NCBI RefSeq assembly: GCF_001194135.2 | Contig: NC_068981.1 | Coordinates: forward strand, 115,947,934 to 115,989,438 | Direction: 5' to 3' | Length of the DNA: 41,505 nt | Source: Octopus bimaculoides | Lineage: Eukaryota | Part shown: positions 12,070 to 24,028 of the stretch, piece after piece | Position numbering within the stretch: the stretch's first letter is position 1 | Layout: each line of letters starts with the position of its first letter | Position numbers and translations under genes: made by a program | The notes under the pieces: generated by a model | What the model was told of the DNA's origin: nothing | The model's database searches: none | The model's input: only the letters and a program-made list of their open reading frames with translations

Positions 12070-12509
12070 CACACACACACAAACACACACACACACACAT
12101 ACACACACACACAATTAATAAGGCGAGTAGGAGCAAATTAAAACCAAAAGGCAAAATTCAATCGTTAGCAAAAGTGACTAGCGTGCAAGTATGCACCGAC
12201 ATTGCTAGAAATAAGAGTAAAAGAATTCTTAGCCACGAGCAGAGCACAATTTCTATTCACTGACAAGGGAGACAACCTTCCACAGCAAGCGGGAGCGCCA
12301 TATGGGCTGGCCGATTTTCGATACAATTAATCCTCATCGGTAATACTTATCCGTTACTGATAGGTAAGCTGAGATCCTTGTCAGTATATTTATAAAATAC
12401 CATAGGAATAAATGATTCAATAAAATGGTAATGTGCAATTTATAAAATCATTAAGGAGGCTAGACCGAAAATCAAAACCAAAAGGCTAAATTTAATCGTC
12501 ACTAAAAGT

Positions 12510-12553
<44 letters not shown>

Positions 12554-13001
12554 NNNNNNNNNNNNNNNNNNNNNNNNNNNNNNNNNNNNNNNNNNNNNNN
12601 NNNNNNNNNNNNNNNNNNNNNNNNNNNNNNNNNNNNNNNNNNNNNNNNNNNNNNNNNNNNNNNNNNNNNNNNNNNNNNNNNNNNNNNNNNNNNNNNNNNN
12701 NNNNNNNNNNNNNNNNNNNNNNNNNNNNNNNNNNNNNNNNNNNNNNNNNNNNNNNNNNNNNNNNNNNNNNNNNNNNNNNNNNNNNNNNNNNNNNNNNNNN
12801 NNNNNNNNNNNNNNNNNNNNNNNNNNNNNNNNNNNNNNNNNNNNNNNNNNNNNNNNNNNNNNNNNNNNNNNNNNNNNNNNNNNNNNNNNNNNNNNNNNNN
12901 NNNNNNNNNNNNNNNNNNNNNNNNNNNNNNNNNNNNNNNNNNNNNNNNNNNNNNNNNNNNNNNNNNNNNNNNNNNNNNNNNNNNNNNNNNNNNNNNNNNN
13001 N

Positions 13002-13047
<46 letters not shown>

Positions 13048-13110
13048 GGAGAGACAGACAGACAGACAGACATACAGATAAATAGAGATATAGATAAATA
13101 GATAGAAAGA
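13002..13110. repeat. (GA)n/(GACA)n/(GATA)n microsatellite
   Basis: Directly visible after the N-gap. Confidence 0.95.
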
Positions 13111-13697
13111 TAGATGCACACACAGATGTGTGCATACATAATAGGCGCAGTATGGCCGAATACCTCAGAAATTCGCTTCGTGAATACGAGGCCCCTGACT
13201 GCGAATTCACTGCTTGGTATCTTGTGCATGTAATTCTAAAGAACAGCTTTATTGCATAGTCTGTCATGATGATTCTGCCGCATGAGAATTACGTTGAATG
13301 TTTACATGTCTATAATAGAATGCTCGGTTATTTACACGCCATTTTAAAGATGTGGTAATTCAGATGAATGCATGGACAAAATTATTCGCATCGAAATCGA
13401 CGAAGATCTAGCATTTATACATATATGAATGTTTTAATGTGTGTGTGTGTGTGCGTCTGTATGTGTGTGTTTTTCAGAGATGTTTGACGTTATAGTTTTC
13501 GAAGACTCGTTCAGAAGCATAAAATAACTAATTTTTTTATTGACGTCTTGGGTTGAAACCTCTAGAAGATAAAAAAGCCAAAAAAAAAAAAGCACCAAAA
13601 TAGAGCAGACTTAGTGTGTTCTTAAATTTTGAAAATAGATTCCTCCGTTATGTAATAAGCATATATACATATATACATATATACTTTTAGCCCCAAC

Positions 13698-13755
<58 letters not shown>

Positions 13756-13757
<2 letters not shown>

Positions 13758-14163
13758 CGTAGGAGTGGCTGTCTGGTAAGTAGCTTGCTTAACAACCTCA
13801 TGGTTCCGGGTTTAGTCCCACTATGTGGGCAAGTGTCTTCTACTATAGGCTCGGGCCAACCAAAGCCTTGCGAGTAGATTTGGTAGACGGAAACTGAAGG
13901 AAGCCCGTCGTCTATATGCACATATATGTATATGTGTATGTGTGTGGGTCTGTTTGTGTGTGTGTGTGTGTTTGTCCCCTCCCCCCAACAACGCTTGAAA
14001 ACGGATGCCGGTGTGTTTACGTCCCCTTGACTTAGCGGTTCGGCAAAAGTGACCGATAAAATAAGTACTACGCTTACAAAGAATAAATCATGGGGTCGAT
14101 TTACTCGACTAAAGGCGGTGCTCCAGCATGGCCACAGTCAAATGACTGAAACAAGTAAAAGAG
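13756..14163 (+). mobile_element. Full-length tRNA-derived SINE family B (CORE-like central motif, octopus OR-type)
   Basis: A-box-like TGGCTGTCTGGTAAG, B-box-like GGGTTTAGTCCC, CORE-like GGGCAAGTGTCTTCT, an internal (TA)/(TG) tract and 3' end GCTCCAGCATGGCCACAGTCAAATGACTGAAACAAGTAAAAGAG. Multiple copies occur in the window. Confidence 0.92.
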
Positions 14164-14783
14164 TATATATATATATGTATGTATGTATGTATGCATATAA
14201 TATATATGTATGTATATGTATATAATGTATAAATAAAGCATATGTATATATACATACATATGTGTGTGTCTGTATGTGTTTGCGCGTGGATGTATATGCA
14301 TATATTTATATATGTACACCTACACACATACCCCCCATATNNNNNNNNNNNNNNNNNNNNNNNNNNNNNNNNNNNNNNNNNNNNNNNNNNNNNNNNNNNN
14401 NNNNNNNNNNNNNNNNNNNNNNNNNNNNNNNNNNNNNNNNNNNNNNNNNNNNNNNNNNNNNNNNNNNNNNNNNNNNNNNNNNNNNNNNNNNNNNNNNNNN
14501 NNNNNNNNNNNNNNNNNNNNNNNNNNNNNNNNNNNNNNNNNNNNNNNNNNNNNNNNNNNNNNNNNNNNNNNNNNNNNNNNNNNNNNNNNNNNNNNNNNNN
14601 NNNNNNNNNNCTTATATATGCCCCCAGATATATTTTGTACTTTTGTTTGTAAAGGTTATTTTAATACAGTGGTTAGTTGGAAGTGTCAAATCGTAGAATA
14701 AAGACGGTATGCTTTTCAACCTCGCAGAAGCATATTTCATCTCTTGTTTTCCCAGGGATGATGGAATAAGGACCATTTAATTT

Positions 14784-16572
14784 CACTTGGTAGCATTTTT
14801 GAAAAGATTATTGAATAGATTTTTTAGTTGTCTTGCTATTTACAATTCATCCTACCTAATTTGATGGTGCTGGGTTCAGAAATGCCCTCATAAATTTTCT
14901 ATCTCGTGAAGTTTTCTGTTAAACAGGAATTCAGTTTTTTTTGTTTTTTTTTTTACCAAAAAAGTCAATTTTGTCATTAAATGAAATACTGAAATAAGAA
15001 ACTAACAGAAACCAAATAGTACTTTTCATTGTTTAACAAATATATTACACAAATATTTAATTACACATCTCAGAATAGATATTTCAGTCAAATTGGAATT
15101 TCTGGTACTCAAGGAATGAACATTCTCTTTGCTGCTTTATGTGAATAAATTGCATCATGACAGTCTCTTTGCGGTGACCTACAGTAGATAGCATCATGTT
15201 GGTGTTCCACCAGCCTTGATACCTAGTCTCCATGTTCTCGATGTCTCGGTTAAATCTTTCTCCTTGCTAATCACTTATTGCCTTATGATTTTCAAGGAAG
15301 TAGTCCGGCTGACTGTGCAGGAAATGCACATTTATACTCATGTTGCAGCCCCGTGCTCGGAAACTGGTTAAAAGGATCTGCACAAGATTTTCAAATTTTT
15401 ATGACTTCCTGTTTCCCAGGAAATCAGATACAACTGCAGCAAAAGCATCCCGTGATTCTTTTTCAGTGCTAGACATGGTCTCCAAAAATAGCTTGTCCTG
15501 AAATAGCCACCAATTATGTGGCCCATCAAACACTCCAACTTTATTTTTCTCACAAGACTAAACTGGAAACTTTCTGCTTAAGTATTTGAAGCAGTCATTA
15601 TTTCAGTGTTTCAACACATGTTTTGCGCACTCTATGTGGCGCCCAGGTTTTGTCTTGTCACCCAATTTCATGCTAATGTAAATAAGGAAGTAAGGTAAGC
15701 TTTCTTCACAAAATCAGTGATTTTATTTCTCTGCCTAATCCAGAAATAAGCAGAAGATATCGGGACGGCTTTTACATTCTCTTTTCTCACAACTGGCTAT
15801 ATTTCTGAAACACAAAACATATTTAAGCCATTTGTAAATCGGGTAAAGCATTTTCAAAATAGTCAACAGACTAAAGTAATCAAATGCAGATTTGTGTTGG
15901 AAAAGTTCTATAAAGAACATATATACCATGAAGTTCTTTTTACAGTTCTATGACCATGTTTGACGAAAAGTGACCTTGACCCATATGACCTGACAATTAA
16001 AACATTAAGGGCACATTCAAAATTCCAATTTTCATAAGAAACAGTTTAAAAGTTCAATAAACCATATCTCATCTAGTTTGCAATGATAATCACACTAAAT
16101 TAATCCGAGTGTGCGCATATCTGCAGATTATTTCCGCAAATATGAGACATGTATGGTGTCAAGGACCACAAAATATGTTGTTCCTTAACATCTAATTGTA
16201 TAAATGACGTGTCTATATCATCATCATGACATTTGAAGCTGGTTAGGTTGAAAATAGCGAAAGTTGCTCAAGTTTGATGCTTATCATTTACTGAAGATAC
16301 TTAACGCATGACTTTTGTTTTCACTTTTGTAGTTATATTTTCTTTAAATTACATTGAAAAACTATATTTTCAAATTTATGTCATGCACCATACATGGGTT
16401 CGCATTTGATAAAGCCAAATCTATCCTTAGAAATGTTGTAAAATGGACATCTAGGTTTGTGAAAAATCTTAACGTGATAGAGCAAAATGGATTTCATTTT
16501 TGAAATCAGCACCCCAGAATTAGTAGGAAGCATGTCTCCAACATTAGTGCACAAACACCCTGTTCTCCAGGC
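14784..16572 (-). mobile_element. Internally deleted, decayed DNA transposon, CMC-Chapaev-like
   Basis: Minus-strand translation gives SRPDIFC..KITDFVKKAY..MKLGD-KTWAPHRVRKTCVETL (N-terminal Cys-rich region), then after a deletion EKNKVGVFDGP..FLGNRK..RGCNMSINVHFLHSQPDYF..AISD*QGERFNRDIENMETRYQG (15120-15800). Subterminal inverted repeats lie at 14850-14908 and 16472-16529, and the left terminus starts CAC. The superfamily assignment is from recalled motifs and the ends are approximate. Confidence 0.72.
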
Positions 16573-17061
16573 AATGATCAATAAATATCGGAGATTGTAG
16601 TGTGATCTATACTTACATCCGTTTAGAACAATAGTTTACAACGTTTTCACTACAAACGTCTGTTTTATTTAAATTACTCTCTTTATACATACCAGACATT
16701 TGAATTGTTTATCTATTGAATAAACCTATTTTGACGAATAACAACTATCATTTACTCAACTGCGTCTCACAATTGCTAGATATACGTAACTGAAAAGTTT
16801 GATGCATCTGAGTGATTATATATTTTGCATGGTATACTTTTAAAGTTCTGAACACGGGTTGTCAGCGCCGGGTTGGGAGCCCCAGAATATGAACAACATG
16901 TTTCCAATTAATTTTAAATGCCGCGTAAGTAGCATTCGTATTTCTGTGTTCTGACGTCTATAGATTAAATAGAGAGTCAAGTATGGATATTAATCAAATT
17001 GACACAAATAATCATGCTTATGTATGCATGCATATATGTATGTATTTATGTATGCATGTGT

Positions 17062-17280
17062 GTATGTCATTACTCAGTTTTATTTCAAGGGTTTTTGCCA
17101 AAAGAGAAGGGGCGGGTTTCCAACCTACATCCAATGCTCCTTCGTTGGAATTCCAACGTCAACAACGATATTTTTCCTTGTTTGTATGCATGTATGTATG
17201 TATGTATGTATGCATGTATGTATGTATGTATGTATGTATGTATGTATATGTGCAAATTTGTATGTTTTGCTTTATGTATT
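17062..17280 (-). mobile_element. Isolated 3' UTR of the copy-2 RLE LINE family, inverted
   Basis: The reverse complement of 17062-17086 (GAAATAAAACTGAGTAATGACATAC) matches 19330-19354 at 21/25 positions. The reverse complement of 17252-17280 (AATACATAAAGCAAAACATAC..) matches 19297-19325 (AATACATATGTAAAGCGAAACATA..). It contains an internal (CATA)n tract. Confidence 0.75.
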
Positions 17281-19354
17281 GGATATTGGTACAAGAAGTT
17301 AGCCTTCTACCGACCATATTTGATCAATATGTACCAGCAAGCTCTTAATGAGAACAGCAGCGTACCACTCTGGTAAGCTCTGGCAGAGACAAAAATTGAT
17401 CCCCAAATGCAGAACCACCCACATGACAAAAAACTCCCCGGCTAATTGTATACTAGAACATAATGTATAAGATATATGCAGCATGCTTGAACTTCTTCTT
17501 CCAGAACCATTGTGAAACCAATAACATCCTCACAGCAGAACAAGCAGATGGGAAGAAGCGAGTCTGGAGATGTGTCGAGCAACTGTTAATCAACAAAACT
17601 GTGATGTCAGAGGTGAGAGCACATAGGAGGAACCTAGTTTCAATGTGGCTGGATGCTAGAGGCCTTTCAACTTGCTAAAGTTCCAGTGCGTATAGTCAAA
17701 GCCATAGCTGACCTGACTTCATCATGAAGCACCATCTTCAAATTAAACACAAAGAGTGACTGTATTATCATTGATAGAATACAATATCGCAAAGGCATAT
17801 TCCAAGGAGACAGCCGCTCTCTGATGTTGTTTTTACTCTCTGTAAACCCTTTGTCATTCATGTTAAGGAAGTCTGAAGTAAATCTCACTGGTTCATAAGG
17901 AGAAAGAAACGTCAAAATTACACATTCTTTTTTTGTTGATAACTTGAAAGTTTATGCAAAGAATATGTATGAGATGAAATAAAGCATTGATCTGCTTACA
18001 GTATTTTCAAAGGGTGTAAGGTTGGAGTTTGGTCAGGATAAATGTTGTTATAATGCTGTGAAAAGTGAGAAAAACTACCAACCAGACTAGCAACATCTCC
18101 ATCAATGATTTGACTGTTTCCCAATACCTGACGAGGAATATTACAGGTATATAGGGGTGGAGGAAAACATATCTTACAATGGCACTTATAGCAAAACACG
18201 TGTCACTGAAGAATATTACACCGAATAAAGAAAATTTGAACCTCAGAACTATCTGCATTCAATAAAACAGTGGCCCACAATGTGTTTGCAGTGTCAATAT
18301 TCATACCAACATTTGGGCTGCTTGATTGGATGCTTGATGAGATCTGAGCCATTGATGTGAAAACCCGAAATATACAAACAAGTACATAATTCTCACATAA
18401 CCAGAGACGTCGACCGCATCTGTCTAAAATGAAAACAAGGCGGCAGCGGCTTAACATCGATCCAAAATGCCGTTGAATGTCGTATCATATCCCGTCGGCA
18501 ACATCTTTGAGCAGCCAAGTGTCGAAATGCATCCCTTGACCAACAACCGGATTACAACCTTCCACTTTGAAGGGCACGCATTTGGAATCCAGGAATAAGA
18601 AATATCAACCAAGTACCTGATGCACAAAAGGGACAGAGATGCAGGAAACGCAGTAAAATGTGACAATCGATACAAACTTTGTGGAGTTAACACTGAAGAT
18701 ATCACTCATATCATAAGCAGTTGTCATTACAGTATTATCTACTGATGAGACATGACATCGTAGCTAGTACACTCTATAATGAAATCCGTCGGAAGGATAA
18801 TCCCGGGGACAAAGAAATAAGAACCTACAATATGGTAGAAGCTATAACCACTCATAATAAAAAGGAGTACTGGTGGGATGTACCAGTGAAAACCTCAACA
18901 AAATGTAAGTACAACACACCTGATATAATGATTTGGGATAGAGAAGAAAAATTGTGTACATTTGTGGAAATTAGCTGCACAGCAGATGTTAACATATAGC
19001 TGAAGATAGGTAAAAAAGAGGATACCTACTCTGAACTATTGAGAAATCTGCAGTACCCTATCCAGATTACAAGTTCAGGTTTATACCTGTAATTATTGGG
19101 GCCCTGAGATATGTAACACACTGCCTCAATACTGATCTTGAGAAATTAGGCTTCTCGAAACCAGAAAATAGAAAGCTAATTCGAAGACTACAGATCCAAT
19201 CCATCACTGGAACTATAAAAATCTGTAAAATTTCCAGAAGTTTATCATTGAAATATATATGAGCATGTCTACATGTGCAAGTGTATGATGCATGAAAATA
19301 CATATGTAAAGCGAAACATAAAAAATACAGAAATGAAACTGATTGATAACATAC
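17281..19354 (+). mobile_element. 5'-truncated, decayed R4-clade-like non-LTR retrotransposon (RT plus CCHC remnant plus RLE), copy 2
   Basis: Translation across lesions gives GYWYKKLAFYRPYL, MYKIYAACLN, AEQADGKKRVWRCVEQLLINK..RRNLVSMWLD, YRKGIFQGDSRSLMLF (RT domain 4), HSFFVDNLKVY (decayed YxDD region), CGVNTEDITHIISSC..MRHDIV, WWDVPVKTSTKCKYNTPDIMIWDREEKLCTFVEISC (RLE) and FIPVIIGALRY..GTIKICK. The 3' UTR ends in (CATA)n. Confidence 0.93.
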
Positions 19355-19420
19355 ATACATACATAGATACTTACATACATACATACATACATACACACAC
19401 ACACATATATATATATATAC
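19350..19420. repeat. (CATA)n tail grading into (CA)n/(TA)n
   Basis: Directly visible immediately after the LINE 3' end. Confidence 0.95.
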
Positions 19421-19894
19421 AAGCAAAATTACCCTATGTGTGTATGTACGTATCGATCTTTCTGTCGGTCGGTCCGTCTATCTGTCTGTCTGCCTGACTG
19501 ACTGTCTATGTATGTATGTATGTATGTATGTATCTATCTATCTGCAGCAGCATCGTTGTCATTGTCGTTGTACTCGTCATCCTCACCATCCTCATCATCA
19601 TTAACATCATCATCATTATCATCGCCACTATTTATTATTTAACCCCTTATTATTATCAGAATCATCAACATCATCGTCTCTTTTACCATCTTTGTCGTTG
19701 CCATACTATTCATTATATCATTACAACGAGATATAGGCGAACATCTTATGCGCAATTCTGCGCATATGTATTAGTAAGTCTGTTCGCGTGCGCATATAAT
19801 ACTTGCTTCATCATATATAAAAGTATGTGCGTGCATGTCTGAATGTATGCGTGTACGTAGTTTCAATACACACACACACACACACACACACATG

Positions 19895-19958
<64 letters not shown>

Positions 19959-20329
19959 CCCACAGACATATATGTATGTGTGTGTGTGTGTGTGTGTTTA
20001 TGTGTTTATGTATAATATGCATATATATGTGTGTGTGTGTATACATTATATATGTATGTATACATGTGAATGCATGTATATGCAAGTATAATATATTTAT
20101 GTTTGTGCTTATACGTGTGCGCGCGCGTGTGTTTATGCATATATTAAGACAGAATAGGGGAAATAGACAGACCGACAGACAGACAGACAGAAAGATAGAT
20201 AGATAGATAGATAGATAGGCTGAGAACGTAGTAGAAGGGAAATACAATGTACATCAATTACATCCACCGCCAAAGAGGTGTGTTGAATAAGTTATGAAAG
20301 GGAAACAAGATGATACATATGAATGAGCA

Positions 20330-20660
20330 CAGTGTTGCTTGTAATTAAGTGTTTTAATAAGGTGTCTCAAGAAACCCATTAAGGGATCTGTCAAATTCCA
20401 CATCCTGTCTTATTTCATATATAATTTGTCGTATCATTAAATCAACACTACAATTCCCACCCTTGGATTCTGCTATGCATGCTTTACACAACCACTTGGC
20501 TTGCTACAAATAGCAATCAAACTTCTCTCTAATATGTGCCGTTTTTTAAAAAATGGGGTGATGCATATTGGAAAGTGTATTCCTAGAGAGACAATGTCTG
20601 GAATGACAAATTAGATGTTCATGGTTAGAGTGTCTTCGATCATAGGTTTTCATCATAGAA
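20330..20660 (+). mobile_element. Diverged SINE-like element, family C
   Basis: AAATAGCAATCAAAC and GATGTTCATGGTTAGAGTGTCTTCGATCATAGG resemble AAGTAGCAATCATTTC and GATGGTCACGTTTGGAATGCCTTTGATCGTG in the 36150-36430 copy. Confidence 0.55.
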
Positions 20661-20759
20661 GATTTCGAGAGAAAGAAAGCAAAATTGAAAACAAGCCAGC
20701 AACCAAGCAAGCAAGGAAGCAAGACAGAAAGCAAGCAAACAGAAAGAAAGAAATAAAGA

Positions 20760-20789
20760 AACAAAGAAAGAAAAAAGGAAAGAAAGAAA

Positions 20790-20862
<73 letters not shown>

Positions 20863-20909
20863 GGATAAATAGACAAACAGACAGATAAATAGACTCGCAG
20901 AGAGGAAGT

Positions 20910-20943
<34 letters not shown>

Positions 20944-21400
20944 TACAGACATACAGACAGACAGATAGACAGACAGACAGACAGACAGATAGATAGATAG
21001 ATAGATAGAGAGATAGGTAGATAGATAGATAGATAGATAGATGGATAGATAGATAGATAGATAGATACATTTCTTTTATTAGCCACACAGGGCTCAACGA
21101 AGATGGGACAAATACAATGTAGAGCTTTTCTTTTTGGGAGGGGGAAGGAAAAAAAAAAGTGGTGGTGTCGATCAAAAGGGATCGGAAAAAAAAAAGATAG
21201 ATAGATAGATAGATAGATACAGAGATAGACATATAGATAGATAGATAGAAAGATAAAGAAATAGCGAGATAGATAGACAGACAGACGCACACACAGATAA
21301 GAAGAGATACAGAGATACAGACACACAGACAGATAGATGGATAGATACATAACTAGATACACACACACAGAAACACACACTCACACACACGCACAGGCAC

Positions 21401-21430
<30 letters not shown>
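20760..21430. repeat. Large compound (GAAA)n/(GATA)n/(GACA)n/(CA)n microsatellite field
   Basis: Directly visible, with one unique insert at 21068-21195. Confidence 0.95.
21068..21195 (-). mobile_element. Short retroposon 3' tip inserted in a (GATA)n array
   Basis: About 128 bp of unique sequence with GATA repeats on both sides. On the minus strand it ends ..GTGTGGCTAATAAAAGAAATG-(TATC)n. Confidence 0.55.
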
Positions 21431-21436
<6 letters not shown>

Positions 21437-22199
21437 ACAAATACATAAACAGACTGAGAGGGACTGGAAGTCGATCCAGAATGTTAACTAGACTTGGATT
21501 TGAACTCGCATGGCTAACCAGAAACACTTGAAACTTCAAAATAATCTCCCCGTATTTGTTTGACCTGATAGAAACAGCAACCAATTCTATTTCATATCGC
21601 ATCCCATTGTTTTTGTTTTGTTTTGTTTTTAAAGAAGCAACAAAACATTAAATACCCATAAAATGATGATCACAGCAAAAATAGATTTATTTAGTTTGCT
21701 CGATCAGGTCTGATATGGATGTGCTACGCTACAATTATCTCTACTCGAAAGGCTGGTTAGTTTGTATTACAATATTGTTGTTCCTAAGATGTTAATCCTA
21801 AAGTCATGAGAAAAGAGTGCGGTAGTTGATACATTTTCAACTTCTCTGTCTTGTGACCGTCCCTAAATCTATTTTAAAAATACATTTATGGGGAAAAAAA
21901 AACCTTCAGACATTCTCCGATTCAGTTCATTAAATCTGAAATGAGTACGATAAAGCGTTTCATTCCCAAAATTACAAGCAACTGAAATATTAACGTTTCA
22001 TCAGCTTCGCAACGCTAGGTACACCTTCGTCTCCATAGAAATGATAGGTAATATAATGTGCTTTGTCTCAAGGCCAGAAATCTTAAGGACTAGAGTAAAT
22101 AGACTGTACATCATATAAGACTGATACTTATTTTACCTATTTGAAAAGGGTAAAAAGCAAATCTTACTTCGGGTGTATTGCTACTTTCAGGATATTTAC

Positions 22200-22550
22200 T
22201 CTACCACAGGGCAGTAGTCATAACACAATCGTCGTAAAGAGCTGGATAATTCCTTCAGACTTTTCAAAAACTTAGGACTAAACATTACTATAGGTAAAGA
22301 TAATTGTAGAGTGAATTTTCTTGATACTGGATTATTTGAACATTTCATAAGCCATAATGATCATATTAAGTACATTAACATAGCATCCAACCATCCACCC
22401 TCGATTATACGGGAACTAGTTAAGAATATTTCTACAAGAATCTCTAGATTATTTGCTAGCAATAAAATTTTCAAATCTCATGCGTCTTATAATGATGTTC
22501 TAGCTAGGGCTGGGTACCATAAAAAAATTCAATATATACAATAAGCAACA
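22200..22550 (+). mobile_element. Penelope-like element RT C-terminal (thumb) fragment, decayed
   Basis: FKNLGLNITI..VNFLD..YINIASNHPPSIIRELVKNISTRISRL..LARAGY matches the PLE NFLD/SNHP pattern. Confidence 0.8.
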
Positions 22551-23643
22551 CTAGTAATTCCTACAACTGCGATGCACATCGTATACCACCACAATGTAAC
22601 CGTTTGAATTCACTCGGATAAAGAATACAGACCAGAAAGAATTGGTCGCATCAATGAACTACCAATGACCACCCAAAGCCAGCTGATCATCTCGTATGTA
22701 TTAGAAACAAACTAACAGATAATCTTTTACGCTCACTTTAGACAATAGCTTAAATAGATAATGTTACAATTTACCTTACTGACAATAAAAAAATATGTAC
22801 GGCAGGCTTATTTATGTCTCCCTTCTTACAGTGCGGAAAAGTCGATCTAGTTCACCCGCACTGCTGAATATTTTTGTAATATTTTACAGACGAGAAGAAA
22901 TATTATAATCTTCAGTAGCCATGTTAGCTTAGAAATCATCAAAATATTCGTCTTTTGGAAAGAAAAGCTTCACAGTCATTATGAATCTAGAGTCGTGTTT
23001 CTATATATGGATATTTATGTCCGGAAAACGAAGTATTAGCTGCTGCTATGCTCTATGTTAGGAACTGATAAATGGATAAAAAGCCTCTGCCGAGCAGGAG
23101 CTCCTATAATCTCAACACTTCTAAGACAATCTGGAAATATAATCTGCATGCAGAAATATTTTCACAGACAAACACAGAAAGTCTGCATTAATAACGACCA
23201 GCGATCTCGTTCCTGGTTCGATACAATTATTAAACATTTTTTCAGAAGAACAAAGATGTATATGCCTGTCTTAACTCTGATTTCAATAGTGTTGAGTAGA
23301 TGAAGATGAGAGATTAATACCCTCAATCGCTAGTCTATTGCCAGTGGCTCTTCTGCAAGAAATCGAAAGTAATCCTACAAGTTAATGAAACATACACTAA
23401 TTCTACATTGCTACGAATGCAATATCAGCTCATAACTTAAGGGAATAAGCCAAACACAGTATGGTATGATTTGTGACATGTATATACGATGCGAGGCTGG
23501 TAATATGCTGGTCGAACTGTGGTTGTCACGTGCCAGTAGCGATATCTTTGCCATTAGAAGTGTTCAAGCACCACTCTATTTCTCTATAGACAAATATGTT
23601 TTGGTTGAATTTTGAATAGATTTACTAAACCTGAAATAAAACA

Positions 23644-24028
23644 GGCAGAAGAATGGCTGTGTGGTAAGAAGCTTGCTTCCCAACCACATGGTTCCTGGTT
23701 CAGTCTCGGCGCCTAGGGCAAGTGTCTATCACAATAGCCTCGGGCTGACCAAAGCCTTGTGAGTGGATTTGGTAGACGAAAACTGAAAGAAGCACGTCAT
23801 ATATATATAGGTATATATATCTATGTGTATGTCTGTATTTTCCCCAGTTACCACTTGACAACCGGTGCTGGTGTGTTTACGTTCCGTAACTTAGTGGTTC
23901 GGTAAAAGAGAACGATAGAATAAGTACCAAACTAAAACAATAAATACTGGGGTCGATTCATTCGACTAAAAATTCAAGACGGTGCCCCAGTATGGCCGCA
24001 GTCTAATGACTGAAACATGTAAAAGGTA
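23644..24028 (+). mobile_element. Full-length SINE family B
   Basis: Collinear with 13756-14163 (GAATGGCTGTGTGGTAAG..GGGCAAGTGTCT..GCCTTGTGAGTGGATTTGGTAGACG..GGGGTCGATT..AATGACTGAAAC). Confidence 0.92.

Noticed and set aside
20640-21429. ORFs encoding SIYL/SVCL repeats
   Set aside because: These are translations of (GATA)n/(GACA)n arrays, not proteins.
23055-23303. 82-aa plus-strand ORF and its partly open antisense frame
   Set aside because: No recognisable motif or convincing splice signals were found, so it is consistent with a chance ORF or an unidentifiable TE remnant.
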